Assembly (NCBI GenBank): GCA_026023565.1
Contig: JAPETS010000021.1
Span: forward strand, 434,001-498,000
DNA: 64,000 nucleotides
Origin: Cirrosporium novae-zelandiae
Lineage: Eukaryota
Reading direction: 5' to 3'
Shown here: positions 1 to 13,180 of the stretch, in pieces
How the letters are laid out: every line of letters begins with the position of its first letter
Numbering within the stretch: position 1 is the stretch's first letter
Notes under the pieces: model-generated
Database searches by the model: none
Told to the model about the DNA's origin: nothing
Seen by the model: only the letters and a program-made list of their open reading frames with translations
Program-made: the position numbers and the translations under genes

Positions 1-1303
1 TTTTGCCTAGTCTGGAGGTCTTTCTTTTCCAATATTTGTCTCTCGCGAAGTGAACTGATTTTTCCCTGCTGAGAAACCTCCATTGTATCACGAAAATGAT
101 GCTGATTAGCCAATCTCTGCCAGTCAACTGAGGACGGAGACCTGGGAGGTTGATCAGGAAGCTGAGTTGGCGAGTGGCAATATCCTTCCATGTACCTAAT
201 GCTTGCCCGACAAGCCTTTTTATCCCATTTTAGTTCCTCAACCAACTCTACTTCAGCATCATAATGGCGTTCTTCGAGTTTGCTAATAGCGGTCTCATTC
301 TGTATTTTTATTAGCAATTATTGTGCGATGTCTATATACTACTCACTCGTTCAATTAACTCTTTCCTCTTTTTCTCTTCTTCTATACTCATTTTCAACAG
401 GTCATGCTCATATTTCTTATCCAGTAATCTCCGGAACGAACATTCTAGCTTGTTGAGCTCTGTATGCTCTCGTTTGAGAACCACCTTCAACTCTATCATG
501 GCCCGACTCTCTGGATCCCTTTGAGAAGTTACTGGATCATCACAACCAATAAATTCCTTTAGGAATAGGCTGCTCTCTTCATATTCCGAAGGTAGCGTGT
601 CTGATTGTGGAGTGAAAGGAGTCGTAAGTGGTGTATGTGGTGATGTTGATCTGATAGAGGAGTCTGTATCCGCTTGAACCAAAAGTGGGCGAGAGTGGGT
701 GAATGCCTTTTTCTTCCAGGGGCTGACCGTTTGTATAGGTGGGGCTGAAATGTCGACGGTCTCTTTCAATGAATTCAAAGATGAACCCAAGGAAGCAGGT
801 AGCTTTCCCTTTCGAAAAGCAGAAAGCTTAGTACATTTCGCCCGTAACTTTGAAAGAGATGAGGTTGAAGAAGTAGTATAGACAGAAGATTTGGTTGGCG
901 ATGACGGCTCGTAGGATAATGATAATGATGGCACACCATCCGACAGAACAGAAGAGAAGGGACCCGCAATAGTAGCAGCAAGCCCAGCGAGACGCATCTG
1001 AGCGATCGAAATTGACGGACCCTCTCGTCTGACCGGGTGAGTGGCAATTCCTTGACGAAGTCCAATATTTTCAGCCTGCATTACAAGTTCCTCATCTAGT
1101 TGGTCTTCGGTCATGCCGCTAGGAAGCCGGAGAACAACGGATCGATAGAACATATCATATGTAATGTTGCAACTGATATCGATAGTAGCTTCATTGTACG
1201 ACAGCTCATTATCAGTTGAAAAATATGTTTCTTCATTTGAAGGCGGCAAATCACAGTCATCCATGATAGGAAGTTGAGGAGACGAGGATCGATTAATATC
1301 CAT
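1..1303 (-). CDS. Conserved fungal hypothetical coiled-coil protein (3' end runs off the window)
   Basis: ORF 1303..332 plus a 47-nt intron at 346..300 (GTGAGT...GCTAAT...CAG, phase 0). Exon 2 reads NETAISKLEERHYDAEVELVEELKWDKKACRASIRYMEGYC...RDTMEVSQQGKISSLRERQ and stays open to the window edge. Confidence 0.75.
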
Positions 1304-2169
1304 AGCGATACATTGGCTTAGTCGTTGTGGTTGGCTGTTTAGTCGTCATTGGATCTACCAGTCTGCTTAGTCGTCTAGTCGTAGCCTTGTAAGTGCATCG
1401 GCGGAGCGGGTGGTTATCGATATTTAAGTTGGGTGGGTAGGTTGTTGTCAGCCGTTGGTGGTTGTGGGTATCTCATATATCATATCCAATCATTAGGGCA
1501 CAACAATTTTAAAGAGACGGAGAAAGAAATAATGTAAGATGGGTGAGCTCTAGCTAGTTAAATTAATTAAAAAGGGTCGGATTAAGAGACAGGTGAGCTA
1601 GTTAAGAATTGTAAATGAATCAATCAATATGCGCCTCTAACCAAAGAGAAATAGAATAGAACATTACAGAAAGATATCAAAGTGATAATTCTTTCTTCTT
1701 TGAATAACTGAGCAGCGTTTATCATTCTTCACAATTCTATCTTCTCAGACCTTGGTTCTCATGATAAGAGCTAGGTATGGAGAAGGAACAAGCTGTACAT
1801 TAATAAATGCCGGCGTTGAATGGCATGACGGATCTACAGAAGGGGAACGTCATTTGACGACACCACTTACTTTGACAACGGATTGATTTGAACCGCTGGC
1901 TAAAATTATCTTTAGGCTTTGTCCGCCAGTCCATCCGTCAGCCTGTCACTTTGCTCACCCTACCCTACATCCACAACCTTAAATATTGCCTCCTACGCCT
2001 ACTTTTGCTCATATTTGTTTTGTTTGTCCACCAGGAATTACTGCTCTGACTCCTGACTCCTGGACCCATTCGACTTTGTTCCAGACCTTAAGTTACATGT
2101 ACCGTTTTTGGAGATTAGATTAGATTGAACAAGTTGAACAATAGATACACCATCACCGGAGTTGAAATT

Positions 2170-3330
2170 AACTAGCTAAACCTTAGTATTCTTCTCTAGA
2201 CTTTAGATTTTAGCAATCAATAGATAGCATCTCACTACGTGATCGAAGCAACAATCTCCATGAGTCTGATTACTTGGGACCGTAGTATAGTAGTGTTCTG
2301 GTGGAAGTGTCTCAACCCAGGTTGCAAGATCTCGTTCAAGAGAAAGAGGTTGTGAGATTATAGAAGCTTGATTGGTCAAGGAAGGATACTTAATTGAATC
2401 GCAAACGGGACCAACTCGAGTTAGGATTTTCTATGACCCGACGCCAAGGGGTCTGCTTCCCAGACCCATATTTGCTTCATTTAGTCCGGTATATTTTGAG
2501 GGATAGCTGTTTGACTCTGGAGATAGCTTTTCAGCTAGTAGGATTTTGGGATCAATTCAATAGAATACCGTCCGCGCTAGGATTAGTTTAAGCTAGGAAG
2601 CCAAACAATAGAACTCACCTCATAAAAAGCAAGCATCATGACAGCTTCTAATGTCGGCCTGCTTTAACCTCTGCAGGATCATTGACAGCAGCTTGGATGG
2701 GTCGTAAGGCGGATCCATACCTCAATCTCGAAGCGGCCATGATATCATGAGCCTTGTTGAAATTTGCTAGGCACGCGAGGCCCACTCAGACAACAAATCT
2801 CAGATAACGGCGAATCTTCCGAGGCTTGTCTATATTAAAGGGAGATAATTCAGATGACCTTGAGGGAAACCTGAATCCTCGGGAACATAATTATTGAGTA
2901 AGAAACGTACAGCAATATTCTTAAGTGATACAAGCAAATTAATTGATACATCGCTATAGCTGGACGATGGTGATGAGGTATAATGTGGAGCCGGGGTTAT
3001 GATTGCTATTGTCGTTGGTGGTGGTGTCACTAGTGGGAGTCCAGTATCCATCGTGGCCACCCCTCTGGATACGGAGGCTGCACATTTTCTTTGGGAGGTT
3101 TCTCTTTGAGCCTCATAAACACGAGTATTTTAATTGACGAACCAAGCCGACAGTGGATTTTGAGTAGATCGCACTACCTCTATATAAGGCTGCCAATTGC
3201 TAATGAGGGTCTGTATGACACCCGGGTTCGTACTCCGCAGCCTGAGAAAAAAAAGTAGTCGGAGGGGAGAAGTGGTGATGGCAAAAACGAGGTGGGCTTG
3301 ACTTAAGCAAATTTTGCTTATACGCTTGCT
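2170..3330 (-). pseudogene. Decayed Zn2Cys6-type transcription factor (middle homology region) pseudogene
   Basis: Colinear blocks in shifting frames: AVRFLLNNYVPEDSGFPQGHLNYLPLI*, GLACLANFNKAHDIMAASRLRYGSALRPIQAAVNDPAEVKA, TLEAVMMLAFYE followed by a GTGAGT donor (2618), and LERDLATWVETLPPEHYYTTV (2340..2278). Several frameshifts and stops; no intact Zn cluster recognised. Boundaries approximate. Confidence 0.7.
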
Positions 3331-4950
3331 GAAATAGTTTCTGACCACCCTTTAGGAAGTTTTCTAGAAACTGGTGTTGTCTTCTCTACCGTAATTGGGT
3401 TTAGGATAGATTAGTGGCTCCGATTGGGGCATCACTACTTCACCATGGATAGTACCTTTGGTGTTGACCTTGATTTTTAGGTGGCAAGGGATCACTGCAT
3501 CGTGCCAGAGCTGTCGAAAGTTTCAATTGAAATACTTTCCGATATAATTTGGTGGGCCAGTATATCACAACGAGGTAGTAGAGGCCTGTTGGTTTGGAGA
3601 ACTCGTTAATTTTATCTAGGAATATATTTGCTCTGTCTCACATACGAAGGTTAATAATTCAATGACCTTGGACAAGGGCCTGCATGCATTCTTGTTTGTG
3701 TCATGTATGCGCCTCTATGGTTGTTTTATTTGTTGCTTGTATCATTAGGGTGGTGGTAGCGATTGCAGTTGGGGCCAATCTCCCTGCTGTTGTGCTAATA
3801 CTAATGACAGTAAAGACTGGTGAGGCCTAGTAATGGGATAATACTTGGATAGCTCACCTTACTCACTTCATGGAAGGGTTCGAGAAACTTGTCTTAATTA
3901 GTACCAAAAGTCTGCTAGTACTAATGCATAAACACGCATAAATCCATAGACTTTAGTGCCTAGCCTACTTAAGGAAGGAGAATTGATCGGCTCAACCTCA
4001 ACGTCCCTGAGAGAGGCTGGAGAAAGATGCTGAGGAATGAATGTTTTGGGGATCTATCTATGCTACTTTGAAGTCCCTTGGTGATATAAATAATGGGGGT
4101 CTTATCTTTGATAGTATATTTGATGTGATTGAGGCTTTGTTCATCAGGGTAGTAGATGAGGTCCTGTCTAACTATTTCATAGGGAGGAGAGTTCCACAAT
4201 AAATCTTCTCAAGATAACCCATCGCTTGAACGGTAGGAATTATAAAATATATAGACCAACCCCAACGCCCCTTGACGACGGACCAACCTTCCTGGGCGTA
4301 TCACCCTACCATATGAGGCTAGATCTACTAGCAGCGGCAGCTAAGCTTTCTGATTCATAGGGCTGTTCGGGCGGATCCATCGACTATTCCACATCTAGAA
4401 TCTTCGATGAGCACGTACTCGAGTAGGTGTTTTTATTAATACAACCGTTCATTATTTATATTGAATTATTATTCTCCAAAAACCTCTCTAAACCTTATTT
4501 GTTTGATTGAATCCATATAATATAATGCCTTAGTTTGAAGATATTTATTTGACATTTTTACTTTATATACTGTCGGTCGGATACGGATATTTATACGTAC
4601 TAAGAAGGTGCTAGGTAGGTACCTAAGTACCCACTATTTTATACTTTCAATGTATTGTAAAGTATCATGTACGAAAGGAATAGTCTTTCACTTAGTTTAA
4701 GATGACTGATGCTCCGGCATTTTTGAATTCTAGAGCCCTGGCCCCCCCAAGGCTGCAGTTCAGTTGTGGGGGACGTCTTCTATCTTATCCGCTAACTATA
4801 TCCCTGTAGCCGATGCACGGACCATTCATATGTATGAGAACCTCAGTCAAAGACATCCCAATCGCGGACTACACATCTTGAATCTGCTCTTGCGTATGGA
4901 TGTCATCGGAGATGGATAGTATTTCTAACCAACCACTAAAAAACTCAGCT

Positions 4951-6723
4951 ATGGCAGGACCAGAGATACGCTATACGGTTTTCATTCGTCTTCCCTTTTC
5001 ACGGCCTCAAGGCTTCGTCGATCCAGCACCTGTGAGCATCTGAGGTTCGAAATCATTGCCTAACCAAACTAATTGGGACATTAGACCAACTGGACAGCAG
5101 CCAGAGATAAAGAACTGTGGGATGCTATTTCACGCAAAGATGGAGATATCGACTGGCAAGCTCTGTACGACTCTAGCCACCAAACATCTCCCATGATCTT
5201 TTGAGATATATAACTGACCCAAAACAACATGCAAAGGGCTGAACGCTTTAATGTCCCACTTTCATTCCTCTCCCAAGTAGCGGCATGGCTATACCAACGA
5301 CAGCTATCAGAAATGCGTGCGCAAATGAGACGAATAGGTGCTGCTGCCAACACTACTGCTTCAGCTGCGAACTCGCCGATTCCGCCAGATATGAGCGATG
5401 GAAGTGGGAGTCTATCAGCTGTTGCTATGAAAAGAACTGCTAGTGGTGGTATGTCAAGAATAAACGTAAGAACAAAAGAATGTGCTAATGATAGATATAA
5501 ATAGGGTCTAGAGTGCCTAGTTCATTATCAATGAGACATCGGGATAGTCCTATCCCAAGAGGGGATATTAGTGGAAGTGGGAGTGGTATAAGTATACCAG
5601 CCAGAGTAAAACGTATGGTCATTGCTCAGATGTCTAATTTACTACTGTTTTCTATCACTGATATCAACGCCTGACAGCTCCTCCGCTTTCGAGAACAGCA
5701 TCTCGGAACACTATTATTCAAGCTCGATCAATAGCTCCACAGGCTTCTCATCTAGAACAAACCTCGAGTCTACAATCTAGGCAGTCACAACGTCTCCCCC
5801 TCGTGAAGAAGAGGAGCATCAGTGGAAACAAGCCCGAAACCTCAAAGAAGGAGAAGGAAGCCGAGAAGGAGCTGATCGACTCCCCAGCCGTTGGATCCAC
5901 AAGCCCAGACAGTGATTCTTCTATAAATTCTTCATCTTCCGAACCAAGCAAGGTTCCAGCATTCCTACACCGCTCGCGATTTCTGCCCCGAAAAACCCGA
6001 GCCAAAAGGAGCCCCATGGAAGAGGATATTTCGGAAGACGAGGACGATGAATCTCCCGCTTTCCTTCCCTTTTCCAATACTGGTACACAACCCCAGTCCT
6101 TAGAGACTTCCCCAAATGATCCTAGCGCTACCCTCCGTCTCGAAAAACCAGCAGGGAATACTCGATCCCGGGGTCCAAGTACATCTATCGCAGCAAATCG
6201 AGCGGCGGTTATTGCTGCATCCCAGACCACGACAGCAAGCTCATCCAATAGCTCCGTTGTCTCTGTTCCCCCCAACGTCTCCCAGAATGATGGCAGCCAG
6301 AACACGCGACCATGGCCTAGCTCCCAGCAAGGCGGAATGCTAAGCCCGAGACGAACAGCAGAACTAGCTGGTTTAAGCCCAAGAAGAAGGCCACAGCAAG
6401 CCCCCGGAAGCGATACAGGAACCCCTAGCATGGGAAGTAGTTTCAGCGATCTGGACGGTACGTTTTTGAAAATCGCACCCTTCCCTTTTTTATATATATA
6501 ATTGTTTCCTTGCCGTCTTAATCTCTCTTAACTTTCCTTGGTGTGACACTTTTCTTTTCGACTACATACAGGACGCCGCTGATAAATATCGGTGTGGGAA
6601 GACGCCAGCGTTACTCAATCAGCACTGGAAGAGGCCCTTTTGAGCAATATGCAACATGGCGGTGTAACAAGTCGGATGAGTACGATTAGCCAGGCGTTCA
6701 GGAGCCGATATGGACGGTTTTAA
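4951..6723 (+). CDS. ATG29: Autophagy protein Atg29 (6 exons)
   Basis: Spliced N-terminus MAGPEIRYTVFIRLPFSRPQGFVDPAP|TNWTAARDKELWDAIS..DIDWQAL|AERFNVPLSFLSQVAAWLYQRQLSEMRAQMRR matches the Atg29 N-terminal domain. C-terminus SMGSSFSDLD|DASVTQSALEEALLSNMQHGG..SRMSTISQAFRSRY is typical of filamentous-fungal Atg29. Five canonical introns. Confidence 0.88.
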
Positions 6724-7915
6724 AATACTATAAGGTTAGGCGGTTTGGTCCTTCGTGTATGCTATTAAATTGATATGGTATCTTAAGCTGTTAGTCAATA
6801 TGGAAAGAATGCAACTATGATTAGGGAGAAGGGGGGGGGTGGCTAAGATATGTTTTCGATGAATAGTGATAATGAATCGAATGAAGAAGAATATATGAAA
6901 TCGTATATCCCATTTAATTAATCAAATACAATAACTAGTTATTGAGGACAAATGCCCTCTAGAGGACAGATCTCTAAACATACAAAACATAACAAAGAGT
7001 TCAATTCGCTTCATGCCTGCCAATTAAGCTCAGAATCCCTTTCCTTGAACTCCAGAAGTTATTATATAACCACTTGATTAAAATCCATATACCTACCTAT
7101 AGGTGTGATTATTTGTATCATTTATCTTTATCCTATTATTACGAATATATATATATATATATATCAGAGTATCCCCATGACATGACCGGAATGATATAGT
7201 AGTAGTATTAATTCTATATACAGACAGACCAAGTTCGATCCCATCCCATCCCGTCAGTCAGTCCCATCATCTATCTATCCACTCTCCTCCTCCCACAAAC
7301 ATCCCCCTTTTAAATCCAAGAATGGAAAAGTTCCGAGAGACAAGATATATGGGTATATATATACATATATGCATTCATTGTTCACTTTGTAAACTTTATC
7401 ATCATAGGGGGACGGGACTCTTTAACTTTTCAATTCTTCCATTTCTCATGACCTTTTTTCCCCCCTGAACCAGTAGAGTAATTTTATGTTTTTTTTTAAA
7501 TTTATTTTTTCAATTTTTAGTGAGGGGGTTGGATGGGTGGATGGATGGATTGATAGATGAACGGATGGATAGAGAGGTCTGGGAGGAGGTGTTGCATGCA
7601 TGCATGCCTCTTTCTAGATTTGCTGCCCAAACCAACACTGACTTCTTTTCTTTCTTGTTGTTGGGAAAAGTTATAGGCTATCCAAAAAAACTGGTATGGT
7701 ATAGTAGACTGGTACCCTCCCTCGAAACTTGGTTAGTCTTTATGACCCTAGGGAATGGTGGAAGAGGATATTCCACATTCCACAATCAATCAATCACAGA
7801 TTGGTAGATTGCTTTCTCCACAGCAAATATGGTTCAGGGTAAAGCAACATGGCACGTATTCAAGGGGCATCATCATCATCATCATCTTAGACAACCATAT
7901 CATAATTTTTTTTTT

Positions 7916-9223
7916 TCATAATTCTTTTGCCTCCTTTGCCTTCCTAATCATAGCCGTATGCATGGTAGCAACCTCGGGGACTATTAAACTCTCGATTTCT
8001 ATTTCCGGCTCACCATCTACTCCCATATGGTTTTCTGAATCATGGGTTTCATTCCCACCTTGTCCTGCTGCTGTTGTTTTCGTATTATTACTTTTGCTCG
8101 AGTTCGCTTCTCGTTGTTGTCGTTGCTGCCGCTGCCTCTCCGCAAGCCCAATCATCCTCTGTATCCCCGACTCGCTCTTTGCCCTCTGCTGCATTGGTAC
8201 ACGAATCCACTTCTCCCGATTCTGTTTCGATACAAACACGACCTCCCATTTACGTGTCGATAGCAGATTCCCAATCACGAGGTGATGGGAATACCGATCA
8301 AGCGCCAATTGCGCTTTGTGGAGTAGTAGTCCGGGGTCTGTTTCCAGCTTGAAGCTAATTATCATGCTGCCTTCGGGGGCCCAGCCATCGACGAGGCGTT
8401 TGAGGAATTTGGGGACGGGGTCGAGGTCGATGACTAGTTTTTTGCCGGGGTGAGTATGTGCCGCGGGGTGATTGGAGGTAGTGGAAGTGGGTTTATTGTC
8501 GTCGGAAGAGGACTCGCCGTTGTCGGCTTCGTCGGCGATGGATAGGAGCTCCGGAACCTCAATATCTTGCGATTGGATTTTGTGCTCGACCATGCGATCG
8601 CGGGGGACGAAGAAATCAGACACGGCGGCAGCGAGGTAGAAGAGAGCGTTGGAACCCAGCGGGCTCATCAGCGTCGCTATTCCCCTCAGAGACCAGAGGT
8701 ACTCATTGATAGTAACAAAAGGTAAGACGCACAGAAGATTCTTCTGCTTGACGGCTGTGTATTTGCGTAGAACGGCGGAAACATTCGCTTGGTATTCGTG
8801 GGACAGGCGGACGGAGCCATCATCGGAGGACGCCTGGAGGAAATCCAAGAAACAATTTGTGGAATGGCTGTAATGGCGTGCGTAGGGCAGGAGGGAATGC
8901 TGTCGATGGAGGAATATCACGGCGTAGCCAGCTTCAATGAAATATTCGGCGGAGGTGGCACCGCGGGTTCCTGCCGAGAAATTGTCGATGAAGCGGACCG
9001 TCTGGTTTTCCAGAGGGACCGTAGTTCCCCCCGATGTCACCAGCACTACCCGACGGTGCTCTCGCACATGCTGGTCAATAAATGCTTTTGCGATAGACGA
9101 TTGAGCGGAGAGAGTTTTGGGAGGGGGGTTGCAGGCAAAATAATCGTGTTCTGCTGCATGCGCTGGTGAGATGATGCGTTGAAGGGAGTTGTCATCGTCG
9201 CCGTTGTGGGGAAGGGTAGACAT
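7916..9223 (-). CDS. CAB2: Phosphopantothenate--cysteine ligase (PPCS, CoA biosynthesis step 2)
   Basis: Intronless 435-aa ORF with VLVTSGGTTVPLENQTVRFIDNFSAGTRGATSAEYF, FYLAAAVSDFF, ISFKLETD and VIGNLLSTRK motifs. Confidence 0.96.
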   Translation of the reverse strand: MSTLPHNGDDDNSLQRIISPAHAAEHDYFACNPPPKTLSAQSSIAKAFIDQHVREHRRVVLVTSGGTTVPLENQTVRFIDNFSAGTRGATSAEYFIEAGYAVIFLHRQHSLLPYARHYSHSTNCFLDFLQASSDDGSVRLSHEYQANVSAVLRKYTAVKQKNLLCVLPFVTINEYLWSLRGIATLMSPLGSNALFYLAAAVSDFFVPRDRMVEHKIQSQDIEVPELLSIADEADNGESSSDDNKPTSTTSNHPAAHTHPGKKLVIDLDPVPKFLKRLVDGWAPEGSMIISFKLETDPGLLLHKAQLALDRYSHHLVIGNLLSTRKWEVVFVSKQNREKWIRVPMQQRAKSESGIQRMIGLAERQRQQRQQREANSSKSNNTKTTAAGQGGNETHDSENHMGVDGEPEIEIESLIVPEVATMHTAMIRKAKEAKEL

Positions 9224-10067
9224 GGTTTTTGTTAAATGTTATAGGAACACCAACTATGTACGATATAGTAGTATAGCTAGCGCTTTTCTTGTCGACAATA
9301 TTGTACGTAAACAGATAAAAAATAAATAGATGGATAATTAAAAATGTTGTATCTATCTAATTAAAGATGTATGATCCTTGGAGGGGTAGATTCACTAGGA
9401 CCAGGAGTACACTGTATTCTGTATAACGATCCCCGGATGTGAACACTAATACCAAAGTACCAAAGTAGTAATTTGATATCAATATCTAGATCTATCGATA
9501 GTCTATATATACATATATATATAGACTTAGTGTTGTTAATTATCTTTTTTCCCCTCTTATCTCCCAATTCTTTTGCGTCATTCATTATTCTGTTCCGTTA
9601 TTCCCTAGATGTTGTCATTCTTTTCCAAAAATCAACTTTCGAGTTTTCCATCCTCCTAGAACTAATAGGCCCACCCTCAACTATTTTCAATAACAAAATG
9701 CTACACAGTTCACTACTCACCAAATCAACAAATTAAGCGAGACAATCAATGTCCCATGGCCATTCCGGAACCAACGTACCTGTACTCGCCCTGTAAGGTG
9801 GTTGTTGAAGCCAGAAGATGGGGACCAGTCCTGCCTAACTGCTTGTAATGTACCAGCCCGCACAAGAAATGCCTCTCCTGGTCCAACATGCGGCGAGTCC
9901 AGGGACTTGGTTTCCACTTACCTGACAATTCTACCTGCAGTTATGCTCTTCACTTTGTCTTTCCTCCAGCTTCATTTTCAAATTACAATTAGTCGTCCCT
10001 AGCGGCCTCCCGGAACTCCTTAGAGCGCCATCGATATCCTTTCAGACCTTATCGAGGTCCTCGAGTC

Positions 10068-13000
10068 ATGTCTGGACGACGTTTCCAATACGGCACTGCT
10101 TCTTCGAGCCGCCCTTTCGATGGAACTGACCTATTATCCTCATCCTCTTCATCCTCATCTAAGACTTCTCATCGAACGGATGACCCGACATACCCATATG
10201 AATATCGCCACACCTCCTCTTGTAGTTCCACCGGATTCCCTCTCGCCATTGTTCCTAATGCTAGCCCTGCTGGGAAAGTAGCGATTCCTCCCTTGCGACG
10301 AGACGGATTGCCACCTCCCTCACCCTCACAAGGAGACAAACGTGTAGGCCATGCTTGCCAACCGTGTCGGGAAAGGAAAACAAAGTGCAGCGGAAAGAAT
10401 AGCCAAGAATCCTCCTGTGGGCATTGTCAAATGTATGGGATCGATTGTTATTGGACTGATGGCAAACGAGTTAGGGAGAAAAAGTAAGTGACCTACATGC
10501 AATCGTTGAGAATTGTCAACGTAAGGCGACCTCGTTGCAAATGCGAGTGACAACACCTGTAGTCAACCATCGAGCATGGGTTCAAAATGCTGGCATGGGG
10601 GCTTCGATGTGATCGCTCTCCCAACGCATTTCATACTAGCTGAATCCCCCAGGCATCGTAGAAGCTATCAACCGAGTCTGGACTGGATTCGCTCGATTTG
10701 TTTTGGCCACTAGCTAGGTTACTGAAGTATGCACTAGGGAATTCGATAATATGGCAGACCAACTTCATGGGTACCAAACTCGCCTTAATGAGTGTAAAAC
10801 GCTTCTTCGGGATCTCAGTAGTCGGGTAGATGCCCACGATCGATCGCGGATCCAAATGGTCTTAGACAGGGTATACCAAACCCCCGACGCATTTTATCGC
10901 GTTGACATTTCAAGCAGCTTCCTGTTGAAAACATCACATCGAATCCTCATACCCGATCAATATCGGTTCCCGATATTGTATCACCACAGGAAAGGCCTTC
11001 AGGGTCGGAAAGCCACAGAGTGACAGCAAGTATTGATTCTTTCTCAGTGCTCGATTCCATCACCGAGGACTATGATACCAATGAAACCCTTCGCGCAACA
11101 GGCTTCACGGGTAAACACTCAGAGCGGGTGTGGGTAGATGGACAGCAAAAAGAGACAAGTTCAAAAGAATCAGCGTCAACGAGAGATGTTCTCGAGCCCA
11201 TTTCCACATCAGAAATGTACTCGCCACGACCTATGCTTGTTCCCCGTGGTAACACTTCGCAGGAGGGTTTTTGGATGGATGATTCTGACTATAATGTTAA
11301 TGACATCACAATTGAGATTCCTGATGAGGTGGATCCATATACAGTTCCTCCTAAGGAGGTTGCTGAAGACCTTGTTAACAGTTATATGGAGACAGTTCAT
11401 GCTATGTTTCCTATTGTTACAAGGATTCTTTTTTACCAGACAGTTAACAAGCTTTTATCGGGGGGTACAAGTCCGGCCAAGTGCGAAATGGTGTGCAATT
11501 CTTAACCTGATATTTGCCATTGGGGCACAGCACCATAGCCTGAAACGGTCTGAAGGAATAGAAAACATACGATATCATCGGATTTATTTCAAAAAGGCAA
11601 GGCTACTTGCCTTGACGAACGAAACCATCATGGAACATCCCGATTTCCAACAGATCCAAATCGTGGCCTTGGCCTCATTCTATCTTTTATCCGCGAATCA
11701 AGTTAATAGGTGATGTTTAACCTACTGTTTGTTGTACACGATACTAATGTAACAGTAAAAGGTCATGGAACCTCAGTGGTCTCGCTGTTCGATATGCTGT
11801 GGTACAATCCCTTATTGCGTTAAAGTTGTAAACACTAACCGTGTCCCAGTCATTGGGACTCCATAAACGCAATGATAGCTCTGAATTAATGGATTATAAG
11901 AAGGAGGCACGGCATCGGCTATGGTGGTCCTTGTATGTTTTGGAATGTATGGTCAATATTGCAACTGGCCGCTCTACCGTGATGGTGAATCTTGATTGTG
12001 TAGTGCCTCTACCAAAGCCGTAAGCCTTCGCTGGTGAGCGATAGAGCCTTTCGCCTGCTAACGTTATTTTTGTTTGGGTGTTAGATATCCAGAAGAGACC
12101 ATATTCCCAGCCACCGATGGCAATATATCACAGAAAGCTTCGAGCAACCCCCCAAGAGTGGACCTATTAACCACAACACAGACTATGCCAAGTTCTAACC
12201 AGGCGGCAAATGTTCGTTTATTATCTCCAATCAGAGAATATGCGCGAACCGTGGAACCGAACCCGTCACTTGTTTTTGTTTTTCAGATCCATCTTTGCAT
12301 GATTGCGCAGGAAACGATGCGCAGTCTCTATGGTACCGATATATTCAGTCAATCTTGGAGTCATGTGCAATCTACGATTGATAATCTCAACCACAAAATA
12401 GAAGAATGGAAGGCTGCCCTTCCAGCGAGTTTTCAGGAAGGGTCTCCCCCCGATCCGCACCTTCGTCTCAGCCAGGGTCTCACCTTCTTCTACTATAGCG
12501 TGAAAATGATGATTAATCGTCTATGTTTATGTAAGATGGAGCTTTCTGAGCAGTCCAAGGTATTCAAGACTACCGCAGCAATGCAGTGCGTGCAGGCAGC
12601 ACAAGCCCTGATAAAGCTCTTGCCAGAGGCTCCAAATGCTGTGGAATTATACTCGATCTCACCGTGGTGGTGTGTATTGCGATACCTAGTTCAAGCAGCG
12701 ACGGTGCTCCAACTGGAGCTAGCATTGGGGGCAGACCACATGTCTTATGGAGCAGAGGTGCTACTAACTTCAGCTAAGAAAGCGGTTCTTTGGCTTCATT
12801 CATTGACGCGAGATGACCTGGCAGCAAAACGTGCATGGAAAGTGTGTCATGAAATGCTGCAAGTAGTTGCCAGTCGAACCGGTCATAGAATTAAAGGTGT
12901 ACCTGAAAAGCCACTATCAGACATAGGGTTCTCTCAGGATGAGCAAATCGGCATGGTAGGGGTAAAGTTTGGTACAAATGCCGTGCAGCAGGATATATCT

Positions 13001-13180
13001 CTGTCAAATCCGCAACAGAGCCCCATGGCTGGCCCAGAAAATCCGAAAAATGCTTTTTATGGTGGATTACAGAGCCTTGAACCGTATGCATTCCAATCTT
13101 CAATCTACACGAGTTTTGACGACACTTTGCCAGATCGGTTTCAAACAGAGCTTAGTAGCGTATATCTACCTTTTGATTAA
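10068..13180 (+). CDS. Zn(II)2Cys6 transcription factor with fungal-specific TF domain; apparent +1 frameshift at 11429-11434
   Basis: ACQPCRERKTKC..CGHCQMYGIDC binuclear cluster; YMETVHAMFPIV, ILNLIFAIGA, SLGLH, EARHRLWWSLYVLE..TGR and PWWCVLRYLVQA motifs. Introns at ~10484-10737, 10871-10917, 11710-11761, 11801-11849 and 12020-12084. The frame changes at a T6 run. Confidence 0.85.

Noticed and set aside
5748..6431. 227-aa antisense ORF (and similar shadow ORFs opposite CAB2, SED5, palI and the 38-42 kb gene)
   Set aside because: These are antisense shadows of genuine coding exons.
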